Source: Terriglobia bacterium (lineage in GTDB: Bacteria > Acidobacteriota > Polarisedimenticolia > Polarisedimenticolales > JAIQFR01). Taken from it: a stretch of 64,000 bases of DNA. The stretch's first letter is position 1, and each line of letters opens with the position of its first letter. The notes under the pieces were generated by a model. The model saw only the letters and a list, made by a program, of their open reading frames with translations, was not told the origin of the DNA and did no database searches. A program made the position numbers and the translations under genes. The stretch covers positions 320,001 through 384,000 of the forward strand of contig CAVVHE010000008.1 in assembly GCA_963748015.1 (NCBI GenBank), read 5' to 3'. Positions 9,976-18,763 of the stretch are shown here, one piece after another.

Positions 9976-10018
9976 CGTCTCGTCTTCCGATGAGCGTCCT
10001 GGCCGGTGCAGCCGCCAC
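9976..10018. repeat. Copy 2 of the 43-nt imperfect direct repeat (in the porin leader)
   Basis: CGTCTCGTCTTCCGATGAgCGTCctGGCCGGTgCAgCCGCCAC; 38 of 43 identical to 6498-6540. Confidence 0.8.
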
Positions 10019-10059
10019 GACCATCAGCACGCAGAACTCGGTCCCGAACGAGCGGCTCG

Positions 10060-13000
10060 TCAATCGGCGTCTCCCGGGTCGAGGCGATGCAGCTCCGCGG
10101 CGTCGAGCGGCCCCTCGGTGGCGAACAGGTCGAAGTCCCCGTCGAACACCCGCTCGATCTTGCCGGTGCGCCAGCCCCTGACGGCGTCCCTCACCAGGGG
10201 AGAAGGCTCCCGCCGGTAGCGGCGCACGATGTGCAGTGCCTGCGGAACCGCTCCGGCAAACGCGGCCTGCGCCTGGGCGCGCAGCCCTCCCGAGCGGCGG
10301 CCGGAGGGAGTGTCCGGCTGCGGGACCACGCGGACCCTCGCTTGAAAGCGCGCGAACGTCCGCCCGCCGGGGAGCGGCTCCTCGAAGACGTGGAGGCCGG
10401 CCTCCGGGGCCAGTAGCGTGTGGGCGCCGAAACCGCTGACGGCGAGGAGGACCCGCGGCTCGCGGGACAGCTCCTCGTCCGCGAGCACCTCGGACTTCAT
10501 TCCCCGCTTCTCGCCCCAGCGCCGGTACATCGACGCCAGGTGGCCGAAGAACAGGCGGGGGGCGTCGCGCCCGGCGCCGTCCCCTGCCGTGCCCTCGAGG
10601 AGGAGAAACGCGTCGGACGGGCGATCTTCCCTCACGTCATCGAGGCTCGTGCGAAGGAGGAGGAGCTGGACGGCGACGCGCCCCACGAAGTCCGATACGA
10701 AACGCTTCCGCCCCGAATCGGGCTTCCCGCGCAGCTTCTGGAACAGGAACGCCGCCGACTTGACCGCTCCCTCGATGCGGTCCATGAGTTCGATCGTCCC
10801 CAGGACCGCGAAGCGCTCCGGGGAATCCCAGAAATGAGGCGCCTGCGTGCGCCCGAGCCCCGCCTGCTTCCTCGCTCGCCAGGCATCGTCCCGGATCGCG
10901 TCCTCCACCAGGGCGAGATGGCCCTCGAGGCACGCGATCTCGTCGACCGTCCCGTGGGGCTCGAACGCGATCTTCTCGAGGCTCGTGACGCCGGCGGCCG
11001 CGGGCGCCGGCGCCGCGGGGGCGGCGGACGGCGCGTCCGGGTCGACGAACTCGACGTGCAGGCGCTCTCCCTCGCTCCGCACGAAGAGGAACTGGTCGCC
11101 CTGCGGGTACTCGCGACTGACGATGGTCGCGGCGAGCGGCGCCAGGACGAAGCGATCGACCGTGCGCTTGAGCGGGCGCGCGCCGAGATCGCGAGTGAAG
11201 CCCCGGTCCAGCAGGAACTCGACCGCCGACTCGTCCCAGACCACGGCCCACGAGCGGCTCCTGAGCCCCCGCCGCAAGAACACGTCGCGCAGCTCCTTTT
11301 GCAGGATGTCCCGGAGCACCTCGCGCGTCAGCGGCTCGAAGACCACGGTCCGGTCGATGCGGTTGATCAGCTCCTTCCGGAAGGCCTGGCCCACGGCCCG
11401 CTCGACCGCGCTCGCGGAGAAGCGCTTCTCTCCCTCCGCGAAGCCGAGCGACGCGCCGCGTCCGATGGCTCCGCCGAGGTTCGACGTCAGGATGATCACG
11501 GCGTTGCGGAAGTCGGCGGTCTTTCCCGTCCAGTCGGTCAGGCGGCCGTCGTCGAAGACCTGGAGGAAGAGGTCCCAGACGGCGGGGTGGGCCTTCTCGA
11601 ACTCGTCGAGGAGGATGACCGAGAACGGCCGCTGCCGGATGCGGTCGACCAGGGCGGCGCGGTTGTTCTCCTGGCGCGAGTCACCGACGAGCCTCCCGAC
11701 CGATTCGGGGAACTGGAGCTCGCTCATGTCGATGCGGATCATCCGCTCGGGAGAGCCGAACAGGTACTCGGCGAGAGTCTTCGCCATCTCGGTCTTGCCC
11801 GTGCCCGTCGGGCCGGCGAAGAGGAACACGCCCAGGGGGCGCGTCGGATCGGTGACCCCCGCCTTCACCATGGCCAGCCGGTCGAGCAGCACGTCCACCG
11901 CCTCGGGCTGGCCCAGGACGCGCTCCGAAAAGTAGCTCCGGACCTGGTCGAGATCGAGCCGCTCGCGGTCGTCGAGAATCCGGAGCGGAAGGCCGGTCGA
12001 GCGGGAAAGCGTCTCGAGCAGGTCCTCGAGGGTGAGCGGCTCGTGGCGCAGCGACTCGCGACCCCGCAGCACCCCCTTGAGGAACTCGAGGAGGCGGCCG
12101 GGGCCCGCGCGGTCGCCCATGTACTGCTCGGAAAGGCGCGATGCCTCGCGCAGGATCCGGTCGCTCATCTCCGGGAAGCCGGACTCCTCCGCCTCGCGCC
12201 GCGCCCACCGCGTCGCGACCTCGAGCGTGGCCGGCTCGGGCAGGGGATCGAACCGTATGACGTCGAAGAGCGAGAGAACCGCCGGCTTGCCCTGGACGAC
12301 GCTGTCGAAACCGACCGGCTCGGTCTCCCCGACGATGAGGATCCTCCCCTCCGCCAGCGCGGGGAACAGCAGGTCCAAGGCACCGGTCGGGCTCTGCCAG
12401 TGCCGCCCGGTGTGGAGCAGCGACTGGAAGTCGGGGACGTACCAGATGATCCGCCGCGAGGCGTCGAGCTCCCGGACGAGCCGCTGGATCCGCTCCTCGA
12501 CCTGCCCGACGTAGACCTGTCCGGCCAGCAGTTCCATGTGGCCGGCCTCGAAGATCGAGTAGCCCCTCCGGGCGAGGGCGAGCCAGGCGTCGCGGAGAAG
12601 CGCCGTCCTTCCGGTTCCGCGCTCTCCGACGAGGAGGACGGAGCGCGGCGACGCGCCGAGCAGCGAGGCCTCGAACTGGGCTCGGCACGCGGCGAACGCC
12701 GGGTGATCGATCGCCGGCTCGGCGTCGGCCGCGTCCCAGAGAACTCCGACCGCCTGGAGGAACGAGCGATCGACCCGCACGGCGCGCCAGTGGTCGAGAT
12801 CCTGGACGAACTTCCGGACGGTCTCGTGGTCGATCGGCCCGAGGAGCTCCTCGAGCAGCTTGGCACTCGCGTCCGTGAGTCGCGGCCCGATCTCCTCGAT
12901 CGGGATCGGGTCGCCCGCCTCGAGCCGCTCGAGGACGAAGCCCGGCAGGATGTTGCGGAGCATGCGGTCCCGCCAGGTCTCGTTGAGCGCCGCCAGGAGC

Positions 13001-13533
13001 TGCACGAGAACGGGGCCTCCCGCGGGGGTCGTGGCGGAGAGGGCGCGCAGGGCGAAGAAGCGCGTGTAGGGGTGGAGGTCGTTGATGAAGTGGAGGATCG
13101 TCGCGCGGATCCCCGGGCCGGGACGCCTCCGCGCGAGCGCCTCCGCCGCGCAGATCGCCACGAACAGGTGATCGCCCGAGTAGAGCGAGAGGAGCTCGGC
13201 GTCGCTCATCGAGCTGTTTCCCGCGACGTATACCGCCTGCTCGAAGACGGGGTGCCCCAAGAGGTCGGCGGGCCTGGCCGCCGATTCGAAGACCTCGCGC
13301 ATCGCGAGGGCGGCGGCATAGACCTCGTCCAGCGTGGCCGGGCGGGGGCCGGCCGTCGAGGACGGCGGCCGGGAGACCCCGGGCGGGTGGCCGGTCGGCT
13401 GTGACGGCCCGGCACCCGCGATCCCCGCGGACATCGAGGGCACGTCCGGCGTCTTGCGCCGCAGGGTCAACCAAAGAAGCAGCCAGGCCGCCAGCGCAAT
13501 GGCGCCTCCGAAGAGCGCTCCTTGGCCGTCCAT
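10060..13533 (-). CDS. Membrane-anchored ClpA/B-like double AAA+ ATPase with a C-terminal release-factor-like (PCRF-like) region lacking GGQ
   Basis: GGAGG RBS before ATG13533; N-terminal hydrophobic helix; AAA1 GERGTGRT; AAA2 GPTGTGKTE, IDMSE, LLDEFEKAHP, DDGRLTD, GARPLKR; tail motifs FWDSPER, MYRRWGEKRG, EAGLH, IVRRY..VRD..G..VFDGDFDLF match the RF1/RF2 layout. Confidence 0.85.
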   Translation of the reverse strand: MDGQGALFGGAIALAAWLLLWLTLRRKTPDVPSMSAGIAGAGPSQPTGHPPGVSRPPSSTAGPRPATLDEVYAAALAMREVFESAARPADLLGHPVFEQAVYVAGNSSMSDAELLSLYSGDHLFVAICAAEALARRRPGPGIRATILHFINDLHPYTRFFALRALSATTPAGGPVLVQLLAALNETWRDRMLRNILPGFVLERLEAGDPIPIEEIGPRLTDASAKLLEELLGPIDHETVRKFVQDLDHWRAVRVDRSFLQAVGVLWDAADAEPAIDHPAFAACRAQFEASLLGASPRSVLLVGERGTGRTALLRDAWLALARRGYSIFEAGHMELLAGQVYVGQVEERIQRLVRELDASRRIIWYVPDFQSLLHTGRHWQSPTGALDLLFPALAEGRILIVGETEPVGFDSVVQGKPAVLSLFDVIRFDPLPEPATLEVATRWARREAEESGFPEMSDRILREASRLSEQYMGDRAGPGRLLEFLKGVLRGRESLRHEPLTLEDLLETLSRSTGLPLRILDDRERLDLDQVRSYFSERVLGQPEAVDVLLDRLAMVKAGVTDPTRPLGVFLFAGPTGTGKTEMAKTLAEYLFGSPERMIRIDMSELQFPESVGRLVGDSRQENNRAALVDRIRQRPFSVILLDEFEKAHPAVWDLFLQVFDDGRLTDWTGKTADFRNAVIILTSNLGGAIGRGASLGFAEGEKRFSASAVERAVGQAFRKELINRIDRTVVFEPLTREVLRDILQKELRDVFLRRGLRSRSWAVVWDESAVEFLLDRGFTRDLGARPLKRTVDRFVLAPLAATIVSREYPQGDQFLFVRSEGERLHVEFVDPDAPSAAPAAPAPAAAGVTSLEKIAFEPHGTVDEIACLEGHLALVEDAIRDDAWRARKQAGLGRTQAPHFWDSPERFAVLGTIELMDRIEGAVKSAAFLFQKLRGKPDSGRKRFVSDFVGRVAVQLLLLRTSLDDVREDRPSDAFLLLEGTAGDGAGRDAPRLFFGHLASMYRRWGEKRGMKSEVLADEELSREPRVLLAVSGFGAHTLLAPEAGLHVFEEPLPGGRTFARFQARVRVVPQPDTPSGRRSGGLRAQAQAAFAGAVPQALHIVRRYRREPSPLVRDAVRGWRTGKIERVFDGDFDLFATEGPLDAAELHRLDPGDAD

Positions 13534-13690
13534 GGTTTCCTCCGCTCGATTCCCCCAGCCCAAGGGAGTTCGGGCCGAGTATAGGCATCGGCGTTCTCCC
13601 TCGGTAGCCCCCTCTTCCCGGAACGGGAGGCGGAGAGGCCGACCGGGATCCAGAGCCGGTCGCTCGGCGCGCGCATGCGAACTCGCGGGC

Positions 13691-13724
13691 AAAAGAAAAG
13701 GGCCGGAGCGAACGCTCCGGCCCT
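13691..13724 (-). terminator. Rho-independent terminator of the DUF4382-like gene
   Basis: Minus strand reads AGGGCCGGAGC-GTTC-GCTCCGGCCCT followed by TTTCTTTT. Confidence 0.85.
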
Positions 13725-13755
13725 CTCGATCCTGGCGATCGGAAAGCGAGGACGA

Positions 13756-14388
13756 TCAGTCCTCGCACTCGAACTCGGGGTCGAACTCGATCGATCCGCC
13801 GAGGAAGTGGAACGACATGTCCTCGCGGAACTTGAGGTGCACCGCGGTCGGCTGCCCCTCGACGATTTCGAACGGCGCGGTCGGGATCTCGGCGGTCCAG
13901 CCCGCGGCCGGAGGCGTGATCGAGATCTTCGTGTCGTCCATCATCACGATGTCCACCTGGCTGATGGTCATCATGAGCCGGTCGTACGTCCCGGGGGGAA
14001 GGAAGCCAGCGGGCAGGTCGACGCTCTTGCCGTCGCGAATCGCGAGCATGTCCACGGTCGCGGGCAGCACGATCAGCACGTCGACCCAGGTCCCGTCGGT
14101 ATTCCGGGCCTGGATCTTCGAGAAGGTGACGTTGGCGCTCTTGAGAGACGACATGGACGGCCCGTCCATGTTCGGGGCCGCGGAAGGCGCGCCTGCGCGG
14201 GTGTCGGTGGCCGGAAGGCTGGTGGTTCCGGCTGGGTTGATCGTCGGGCCGGTCCCGGCGGTCATCGCGATCCGAACCTGCCCCTTGCCTGCCGTATTGA
14301 TCGTGTCCGACGACCCGGAGCAGGCCGCCGTGAGCAGCCCGATGCCGAGGAACGTCGCGACGAGCACTTTCTTCGTGAGCGGACTCAT
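13756..14388 (-). CDS. DUF4382-like lipoprotein
   Basis: GGAGG RBS; lipobox TAAC; GQVRIAMT, SANVTFSKI, TVDML and LPPGTYDRL match the DUF4382 pattern. Confidence 0.7.
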   Translation of the reverse strand: MSPLTKKVLVATFLGIGLLTAACSGSSDTINTAGKGQVRIAMTAGTGPTINPAGTTSLPATDTRAGAPSAAPNMDGPSMSSLKSANVTFSKIQARNTDGTWVDVLIVLPATVDMLAIRDGKSVDLPAGFLPPGTYDRLMMTISQVDIVMMDDTKISITPPAAGWTAEIPTAPFEIVEGQPTAVHLKFREDMSFHFLGGSIEFDPEFECED

Positions 14389-14441
14389 GAAACCTCCCTT
14401 TTGAATGAACCCATCCCTTTCCCGGACATCCCGATCGTAGC

Positions 14442-14457
14442 AGCAAGGTGCGTGCCC
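14442..14457 (-). promoter_or_regulatory. Putative sigma54 (-24/-12) promoter
   Basis: GGGCAC-GCACC-TTGCT (GG-N10-GC); IHF-like AATCCAAGCCTTG at 14474-14486; GGCGACGAAACC at 14578-14589 is shared with the other sigma54 promoters. Confidence 0.65.
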
Positions 14458-14751
14458 GGCGAAAAGTAACGGAAATCCAAGCCTTGTCGAGCGCGTGCAC
14501 CGCGACGAGTGGAGGTATTCGTTACCGCCCGGAGCGCTTCGTACCGCCGCCGGCGTTTTCCGGAACCGGCCACCTTCGGCGACGAAACCGGTTGAGTCCG
14601 GCGGCCGGTGGGCGCAGAGAAATACCATCGAGGTTCTGCTCGTGGCCTTCGACGCCGCGTATTCTCGCCCGACCGACTTGCGCTTATCCTGGGCGGTGCC
14701 GGGGCCCGGGACGGCGCCTGTGGCCGAATTTCCAAGTCGTGAGGGCGAATC

Positions 14752-16233
14752 ATGAAACGACGACTTCGGCTTCGGGGCATGGCACGGCTGCTCGGGGCGC
14801 TCGCCAAGCAAGTCGCCGTCCTGATCGTGCTCGCCGTCGTCGTGCTCCTGGCGGTCCGCGTCCGCCAGGAAAAGAGCCCTCCGAAACTGGAGATCTGGCA
14901 CACGACGGAGCTCTCGGGGGAGTTCCATGCGAGCCATCCCGAGGCGGCCCCCGATTTCTCGAAGTACCTGGAGCTCGAGGAGAGACTGTTCCAGGAGCTC
15001 GACGCGAAGATCGGATCGCAGCTCCCGCCGGACCAGCAGACCCCGCTGAACCGGTACTACGAGGCCTCCGCCAGCTCTCCGCGCCGCCAGGACCGGGACT
15101 GGAACCGGTCGTTCGTCCTGAGCCCGCCCGAGCCCAGGGGGGCGATGGTCCTGATCCACGGTCTCACCGAGTGCCCCTACGCCATGCGGACCCTCGCGAA
15201 GATCGCGTTCGAGCACGGCTATCTCGTCATCGCTCCTCGCATGCCCGGGCACGGAACGACGCCCGGGTCCCTTGCGAGAGCGAAGTGGGAGGATTGGGTC
15301 GCCGTGGTCCGCATGGCCTGCGAGGAGGCGCGCCGGGTCGTCGGGCCCGGCAAGCCGCTAATCCTCTGCGGCTACTCGAACGGGGGGCTCCTGTCGGCGA
15401 AGTACGCGCTGGACGAGCTCGAGAAGGGCGGGGCCGGCGAGCCGCCGCAGAAGCTCGTCCTCCTGTCCCCGGCCATCGGCATCACGCAGTTCGCGGCCGT
15501 GTCCGGCTGGCACCGGGCGCTCACCGTCTTCCCGTACTTCCACAAGGTCGCTTGGCTCTCCATCGAGCCGGAATACGATCCCTTCAAGTTCAACTCGTTT
15601 CCCAAGATGGCCGGCGACCAGATCTTCCGCCTGACGAAGGTCGTCGAGCGGCAGATGAAGGATCTCGAGGCCGGGAAGGGGTTCGCGAGATTCCCTCCCG
15701 TGCTGGCGTTCACGTCGGTCGTGGACTCGACGGTTCTGGTCCCTTCGCTCGTGGACCGGCTGTTCTCCAGGCTGGCCGCGAACGGCAGCCGGCTGGTGCT
15801 GTACGACGTCAACCGGTGCAACGCCTTCGCGAAGTTCATCAAGGCCGGTCAGGCGGGCCTCCTGGCGTCGCTCGAGTCGGGACCGCCGCTCGCCTATGCC
15901 GTGACCGTCGTGACCAACCGGAATCCCGCGACGCTCTCCGTCATGGCGCACGAGCGACCCGCGGGAGCGTCCTCGTGGTCGGATACGTTGCTGGAACTGG
16001 AATGGCCGAGGGGGGTCTACTCGCTCTCCCACGTGGCCGTGCCTTTCCCGCCGGACGATCCCGTGTACGGCGACCGCGAGGATCTGCGGGCGGAAGGGCG
16101 CCTGGTCCTCGGCGTGGCCCAGCCGCGGGGTGAGAACGGGGTCCTGGAGGTCCCCGTCTCCCAGTTCATGCGCCTTCGCTACAACCCCTTCTTCGCTTAT
16201 CAGGCGAGCCGGTTCGTCGAGTTCATCGATTAG
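14752..16233 (+). CDS. Alpha/beta hydrolase with an N-terminal membrane anchor (alternative start ATG14779)
   Basis: LIHGLTE, PRMPGHGT, nucleophile elbow GYSNGG, SLSHVAVPF. Confidence 0.85.
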   Translation: MKRRLRLRGMARLLGALAKQVAVLIVLAVVVLLAVRVRQEKSPPKLEIWHTTELSGEFHASHPEAAPDFSKYLELEERLFQELDAKIGSQLPPDQQTPLNRYYEASASSPRRQDRDWNRSFVLSPPEPRGAMVLIHGLTECPYAMRTLAKIAFEHGYLVIAPRMPGHGTTPGSLARAKWEDWVAVVRMACEEARRVVGPGKPLILCGYSNGGLLSAKYALDELEKGGAGEPPQKLVLLSPAIGITQFAAVSGWHRALTVFPYFHKVAWLSIEPEYDPFKFNSFPKMAGDQIFRLTKVVERQMKDLEAGKGFARFPPVLAFTSVVDSTVLVPSLVDRLFSRLAANGSRLVLYDVNRCNAFAKFIKAGQAGLLASLESGPPLAYAVTVVTNRNPATLSVMAHERPAGASSWSDTLLELEWPRGVYSLSHVAVPFPPDDPVYGDREDLRAEGRLVLGVAQPRGENGVLEVPVSQFMRLRYNPFFAYQASRFVEFID

Positions 16234-16261
16234 CCGCGCCGGTGCCTTGGCCTCGGGTATC

Positions 16262-17953
16262 ATGGCGCGCGTGGAGCCGAAGGCCGAGAGTCCGAGAAGA
16301 ACAGACCCGCGCGGCGCAAGCGTCGGCGCCACCACCTGGCTCCTGGTCGCGGTCCTCGCGATCATGGGACTCCGGCTCGCCATGCTCGGCTGGCCGGCGA
16401 TCACCGATCCCACCGAGAGCCGGCACGCGGTCATCGGGCTGCGGATGGCCGAGAGCGGCGACTGGGTGACCCCTCGCGCCGTCTTCGGCGGCCGCCTGAT
16501 GCCTTTCTGGGGGAAGCCGCCGCTCCAGTTCTGGCTGACGGCCGCGTCGTTCCGCCTGTTCGGCGTCTCCGAGTGGACCGCTCGCCTCCCCGCATACCTC
16601 GCCGCGGTGGCCATGCTGTTCATCACGTTCGCCTTCGCGCGGCGCTTCTGGGGGCGCGAGGCGGCGGCGGCCTCGACCGTCGTCCTCGCCGGCTCGCTCC
16701 TCTTCTTCGGGCTCGCCGGCTCGGTCACGCTGGACGTCGCGCTCTCCGCCTCGTCCGCCGCGGCGATGGCCGCGTTCGCGTGCTTCGCGGCGGCGCAGGA
16801 CGCGCGCGCCCGGCGCGGGTGGGGGATCGCGTTCGCGGCCGCTCTCGCCCTCGGCATGCTGATCAAGGGGCCGATCGCGGTCGTCTTCGCCGTGCTGTCG
16901 GTCGTCGTGTGGGCCGTGATACACCGCCGGTGGAGCCTGCTCGCCGCCTACCCCTGGTTCTCGGGCCTGGCGGTGTTCTTCGCGGCCTCCGCGCCCTGGT
17001 ACCTGCTCGCGGAGCGGGCGACCCCGGGGTTCCTGCGGTACTTCTTCGTCAACGAGCACATCCTGCGCTACGTCTCGCACGAGTATGGCGACCTCTACGG
17101 CAGCGGTCACACGAGGGCGTACGGATCCGTCTGGCTCATGCTGCTGGCGGCGGCCCTGCCGTGGACGGTCGTGCTCGTGAGGGCGGCGGCCGCGAGATTC
17201 GGCCGGTGGCGCGGGGAAGCGGCCGATCCCTGGCTCGACTACGTCCTGATCTGGGCCCTCGTGCCGCCGCTGTTCTTTACCTTCGCCAGACAGCTGCTGG
17301 CCACCTACCTGCTGCCGGGGTTCCCCGGCCTCGCGGTGCTGGCGGGGGTGGCGCTGGCTTCGGGTCTCGACGAGCGCTCCCGGCCGCGGTTCTCCGTCCT
17401 CCTTCGCTCGCAGCTCGTCCTCTCGGCACTCGCTTCCGGCGCCCTCGCCGTCTGGGCCTTCCGGCGGGACGCCCCGTGGCCGGCCGTCGTGGCCGTCGCG
17501 CTCGCCGTGGCCCTGCTGGCGTCGGCCCTCGGGTGGCCGTCACGCCGCGTCCCCGCGCTCGTGTGCATGCAGGCGTTGGGAGCGGCCGCGCTCGTGTTCC
17601 TCGCCGTGGCGGCCGTACGCGCCGACCTCGACGACGGCACGTCGACCAAGACCATCCTGGCGGCGGTGGCGCGGGACCGGCGTCTCGAAGGGAAACCGGT
17701 CGTGTTCCCGCGCGGCGACGAGCAATCGGGGGAGTTCTACGCGCACGTCTACCTGGGACGCGAGATCGAGCACCTGTCCCGCACCGGCGACCCCGCGGTG
17801 CTCGCGGAGCGGCTACGCGCGGCCCGATCGAACGACCTTCTGCTGCTGGAGCGACAAAGCTGGCAGCGGCTGGACGCCGAGCTCAGGAGCCGGACCGAGC
17901 TGGTCGCCGAGACGCCCCACTGGGTGGCGCTGGTGCCGCGCGTCGCCCCGTAG
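16262..17953 (+). CDS. ArnT/PMT-like GT-C glycosyltransferase
   Basis: DPTESRHA..M..SGDWVTP, FWGKPPLQFWL, GVSEWTARLP, LIKGP, YLLPGFPGLA; multiple TM segments. Confidence 0.9.
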   Translation: MARVEPKAESPRRTDPRGASVGATTWLLVAVLAIMGLRLAMLGWPAITDPTESRHAVIGLRMAESGDWVTPRAVFGGRLMPFWGKPPLQFWLTAASFRLFGVSEWTARLPAYLAAVAMLFITFAFARRFWGREAAAASTVVLAGSLLFFGLAGSVTLDVALSASSAAAMAAFACFAAAQDARARRGWGIAFAAALALGMLIKGPIAVVFAVLSVVVWAVIHRRWSLLAAYPWFSGLAVFFAASAPWYLLAERATPGFLRYFFVNEHILRYVSHEYGDLYGSGHTRAYGSVWLMLLAAALPWTVVLVRAAAARFGRWRGEAADPWLDYVLIWALVPPLFFTFARQLLATYLLPGFPGLAVLAGVALASGLDERSRPRFSVLLRSQLVLSALASGALAVWAFRRDAPWPAVVAVALAVALLASALGWPSRRVPALVCMQALGAAALVFLAVAAVRADLDDGTSTKTILAAVARDRRLEGKPVVFPRGDEQSGEFYAHVYLGREIEHLSRTGDPAVLAERLRAARSNDLLLLERQSWQRLDAELRSRTELVAETPHWVALVPRVAP

Positions 17954-18012
17954 GAGCCGTTACGCGCGCGCGCCGGTCGGGCCTCCGCGCCGGACGAAGG
18001 TGGCCCCGGGCG

Positions 18013-18540
18013 TTACGCCGATTGGCGCGGAGTCCCGCCCTTTTCCCCTCGAACTGTAACGCCGGTGATGTCTGACCCCAGCATCGCTTCGGGCATTTGC
18101 ACGGCCACGATTCGGCCTCGCGCGCAGAGCTCGCCGTTTGCGTGGAGCGTCGCCGCGACGATCACCTTGCGTCCCTTGAGCTCCTCGACCCGCCCGCGCA
18201 CTTCGAGCGGGACGCCGAGCGGCGTCGGCCGCAGGTAGTCCACCTGCAGCGAGGCCGTCACGAACCGGAGAGCGGGGAGCGTGTCCATCGCGCGCCCCTC
18301 GGCGCGGTACGCGGCCGCCGCGGCGGTGCCCGTGCCGTGGCAGTCGATCAGCGACGCGATCAGACCGCCGTAGACGTAGCCGGGGATCGCCGTGTGGCAG
18401 CTCCGCGGCTCGAAGACGCACACAGTCTCGTCGCCTTCCCAGCGGCTCTTGATCTGCAGCCCGTCCTGATTGAGGCGGCCGCAGCCGTAGCAGTGGCTCA
18501 CGTCGTCCGGGTAGTAGTCCTGGAATGCCTTCTCGCTCAC
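18013..18540 (-). CDS. PaaI family (hotdog-fold) thioesterase
   Basis: HCYGCG..N..GL, YVYGGLIASLIDCHG, VTASLQVDYLRPTP; GAGGTG RBS. Confidence 0.9.
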   Translation of the reverse strand: MSEKAFQDYYPDDVSHCYGCGRLNQDGLQIKSRWEGDETVCVFEPRSCHTAIPGYVYGGLIASLIDCHGTGTAAAAAYRAEGRAMDTLPALRFVTASLQVDYLRPTPLGVPLEVRGRVEELKGRKVIVAATLHANGELCARGRIVAVQMPEAMLGSDITGVTVRGEKGGTPRQSA

Positions 18541-18698
18541 GCCGTCACCTCGGTTCCGCCGGTGGGGCCGTCCACCGCCCGTCAGGGACAGTGAGACCGC
18601 CGGCGTGTCCGGGACATCTTGACAGAAGTCGTGGATCGCGCGAGCGGTGGAGGGATCTCGCCCGGCGAGAGAGCGCTCGAGGCGGGGAGACGACGCAG

Positions 18699-18746
18699 GG
18701 CCGGGGCTCGATGACAGTGCCGCGAGTGGGGCATCGAGTCCCGGCC
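18699..18746 (-). terminator. Stem-loop just downstream of the Cys-rich mini-protein gene
   Basis: GGCCGGGGCTCGATG ... CATCGAGTCCCGGCC, a 15-bp stem with one mismatch; no U-tract. Confidence 0.45.
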
Positions 18747-18763
18747 GTCCACGCCGTTCTAGG

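Noticed and set aside
10060..10960. A genuine prfB (RF2) gene fused by misassembly or programmed frameshift
   Set aside because: The frame is continuous with the ATPase, GGQ and SPF are absent, and I saw no CTT TGA shift site.
13585..13592. GCCGATGC upstream of the Clp fusion as a sigma28 -10 box
   Set aside because: No TAAA/TCAA -35 at 15-nt spacing.
18619..18624. TTGACA as a sigma70 -35 box
   Set aside because: No -10 at suitable spacing and no plus-strand gene downstream.
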